NCBI GenBank assembly: GCA_965224085.1
Contig: CBDCYI010000005.1
Location: 928,001 to 992,000, forward strand
DNA: 64,000 nucleotides
Direction of reading: 5' to 3'
Source of the DNA: Candidatus Marinacidobacterales bacterium
GTDB taxonomy: Bacteria > Acidobacteriota > Vicinamibacteria > Marinacidobacterales > SMYC01
Shown: in pieces, positions 61,879-64,000 of the stretch
Numbering within the stretch: the stretch's first letter is position 1
Layout of the letters: each line of letters begins with the position of its first letter
Notes under the pieces: model-generated
Database searches by the model: none
Told to the model about the DNA's origin: nothing
Seen by the model: the letters and a program-made list of their open reading frames with translations, nothing else
Translations under genes and position numbers: made by a program

Positions 61879-61926
61879 TACATTGATACATTAGTACATT
61901 AGTATATTAGTATATTAGTACATTAG
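61879..61926. repeat. Six tandem 8-bp units TA(C/T)ATT(AG/GA)
   Basis: TACATTGA TACATTAG TACATTAG TATATTAG TATATTAG TACATTAG. Confidence 0.9.
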
Positions 61927-61933
61927 AGATTCT

Positions 61934-62377
61934 ATGAAATCCGCGAAACACACTGCCGCTTTCGAAATGACGCAGCCGATCGAGAAGCTATTTCCTTTGT
62001 TCAGCCCAGAGGGAGAAAAAAGCTGGGTTCCCGGGTGGGACTACGTCAATGTAATGGGAACGACTGCGCTCGCCGAGAACTACGTCTTCTTGACGACCAG
62101 TCACGACCATGCCTCTACCGAGGCGATATGGGTCACGAAGGCTTACGAGCCGGAGTCCAAGCGCGTTCAGTTCTACAAAGTCGAGCCAGGCGACAAGGTC
62201 GGGGTTATCACCGTCCAGTGCTCGGAACAAGGGGCAGATCGCACGGAGGTCGAAGTCACCTACGAGTACATCGCGATCGCGGAAAAGGGCGAGCGCTTCG
62301 TCGAGAGCTTCGACGAAAAAGCCTATGCGGATTTCATCGGCGAATGGGAAACGCTTCTACAAAAGCATTTCGAATAG
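61934..62377 (+). CDS. Hypothetical protein, SRPBCC/START-like
   Basis: LFPLFSPEGEKSWVPGW, TEVEVTY, C-terminal helix. Confidence 0.65.
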   Translation: MKSAKHTAAFEMTQPIEKLFPLFSPEGEKSWVPGWDYVNVMGTTALAENYVFLTTSHDHASTEAIWVTKAYEPESKRVQFYKVEPGDKVGVITVQCSEQGADRTEVEVTYEYIAIAEKGERFVESFDEKAYADFIGEWETLLQKHFE

Positions 62378-62386
62378 CCGAAAACA

Positions 62387-62407
62387 GGGGAGGCCGATCG
62401 GCCCCCC
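62387..62407. terminator. Hairpin between convergent genes
   Basis: GGGGAGGCC-GATC-GGCCCCCC preceded by an A-run. Confidence 0.45.
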
Positions 62408-62428
62408 AATCCTCGTCAAAACGAATGG

Positions 62429-63796
62429 CTACACTTTAGCGAGTGCTTTCGCCATGTTGTCGAGCGCGAGCTTGATGAGCTGACGCGACGTTCCGAGGTT
62501 CATGCGCATGTGGCCTTCGGCGCTCGTGCCGTAGGACGTCCCCGGGTTCAATTGCACGCCCGCATTGTCGACGAACCAGCGCTCGACGATCATCTCGGCC
62601 GACACCGGGCGCTCTCCCTCGTCTTGTTTCTTGGTCTCGGCGGCAGCTTGTCCTTTGGCGTCGATCTTGTCGATCACTTTGGCGACGTCGATCCACGCGA
62701 GATAGGTTCCCTGCGCCTTGGTGTAGTCGACGAGTGGCATCTTGTCACGGGTATAGGCCTCGACGAATTCGTGGTTGCCGTCGATATACACCAACAACTG
62801 ATCCAGCCAAGCATCGCCATCGGTCAGCGCCGCCTGGTTCGCAACGACGCCCAGGGTGTTGATGTCTGCCCGGTGATTGGCTTTCACCCTTCCAAGAAGG
62901 TCAGGATTGGTCGAGAAGAAGAAAGCGTTCTTCATCGCCGCGAGGCTGAACGTCTTGCTCGCGGCTTTGAACGTGAGGCTGTTATTGACGATGTCCTTGT
63001 CCGGAAGACTCGCGAAGGGTGTGTACTTCTGCCTCTTCATGACGAAATCGCAATGGATCTCGTCCACGAGAAGAATCACTCGATGCTGCAGGCACATACG
63101 GCCCACGCGCATGAGGTCCTCCGGCGACCAGCAGTTGCCCGTCGGGTTTTGCGGGTTGCAAAGAATCATCGAATGGGTCTCGTGGCTGATGCGCGATTCC
63201 AAATCGTCGAAATCGATGGAGTAGCGCCCGCTCGAAAGCTTCAGCGGGCTGTCTGCAGCCTTCGTGCGGCTCCAACGAAGGTCCCCGTAGAAGCCGTTAT
63301 ATCCCGGCGTCAACAGGAGAACCTTGCTGCCCGGAGGCGAGAACGTCCTGAGCCCTGCGATGAGCCCCGGATGCACACCGCTCGAAATCACGATGGTATC
63401 GGGATCGATGTCGAGGTCGTAACGCCGTTTGTTCCACTTGACGAGGGTCTCGATGTAGGACTTCGGGCTCGCTAGGTAGCCCCAGTTCTCGTGGTGGAGG
63501 CGCTCCTTCAGCGCTTCGGTGATGCACGGCGCCGCTTTGAAATCCATATCGGCGATGCCCATGCCGACCTGAATTTTCTCCTTGCCGAAGCGCTCGACCT
63601 GACGGTCCCATTTAATGCTGTCCGTTCCGACACGGCTATACGGAGTGTCGAAATCGAACACGTCGTCCGGCGGCGTGGGCGGGGTGCCGGGTGCGACGGC
63701 CGCTACTGAGTTCCCGGTCGAAACGGCGCCGGCGAGAGCCGTAAATCCTGCGCTCCTCAAGAACGCTCTTCGATTCCATCCGTTTTTTTGTGACAT
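62429..63796 (-). CDS. MalY/PatB-family PLP C-S lyase with a twin-arginine signal peptide
   Basis: NRRAFLRSAG; DSIKWD, IADMDF, CNPQNPTG, DEIHCDF, SKTF. Confidence 0.88.
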   Translation of the reverse strand: MSQKNGWNRRAFLRSAGFTALAGAVSTGNSVAAVAPGTPPTPPDDVFDFDTPYSRVGTDSIKWDRQVERFGKEKIQVGMGIADMDFKAAPCITEALKERLHHENWGYLASPKSYIETLVKWNKRRYDLDIDPDTIVISSGVHPGLIAGLRTFSPPGSKVLLLTPGYNGFYGDLRWSRTKAADSPLKLSSGRYSIDFDDLESRISHETHSMILCNPQNPTGNCWSPEDLMRVGRMCLQHRVILLVDEIHCDFVMKRQKYTPFASLPDKDIVNNSLTFKAASKTFSLAAMKNAFFFSTNPDLLGRVKANHRADINTLGVVANQAALTDGDAWLDQLLVYIDGNHEFVEAYTRDKMPLVDYTKAQGTYLAWIDVAKVIDKIDAKGQAAAETKKQDEGERPVSAEMIVERWFVDNAGVQLNPGTSYGTSAEGHMRMNLGTSRQLIKLALDNMAKALAKV

Positions 63797-64000
63797 GGTT
63801 TTGCTCCGTCGTGCCGGTGAACGCTTCCCGAAAGACTCCGCTAGCGGCGTTGCTGGCGGAGGATTAGATAAGGTTTTTCGCGCGCGTTGAGCGAATCCAC
63901 GCAAGGAGGGAACTTTTCGCCAGTCTGCTCGTAACCGTCATTCGTAGGACGTGAACGGATCTGGAGGGGCCCGTTCAATTTCTTGAATTCACCCGATTGA

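Overview
GC-rich bacterial chromosomal window; the gene families suggest an Acidobacteriota/Vicinamibacteria-like organism, but this is inference only. Intact housekeeping blocks (htpG, ppk1, icd-mdh-sucCD-ndk-dcd-dUTPase, coaD-rsmD-recG, coaBC, initiator tRNA-Met) alternate with decaying accessory DNA: IS1634, IS6, IS110, IS21, ISKra4-like, IS200 and integrase-core IS remnants, plus many frameshifted genes. The most striking structure lies in the degraded island downstream of tRNA-fMet. There, an ORF-less group II intron (42611-43479, minus strand) sits exactly inside the terminal repeat of a miniature IS, and its EBS1/EBS2 loops are complementary to that IS end. A second, unoccupied end of the same IS family lies about 2 kb away. 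Two metabolic modules have unknown chemistry: a methyltransferase/RibD/Zn-dehydrogenase/atypical PTPS cluster, and an Opp-type ABC operon with a glycoside-hydrolase-like protein, amidohydrolase, aminotransferase and Gfo/Idh/MocA oxidoreductase. No CRISPR array or rRNA was seen. All calls come from reading motifs by eye; no database searches were run.
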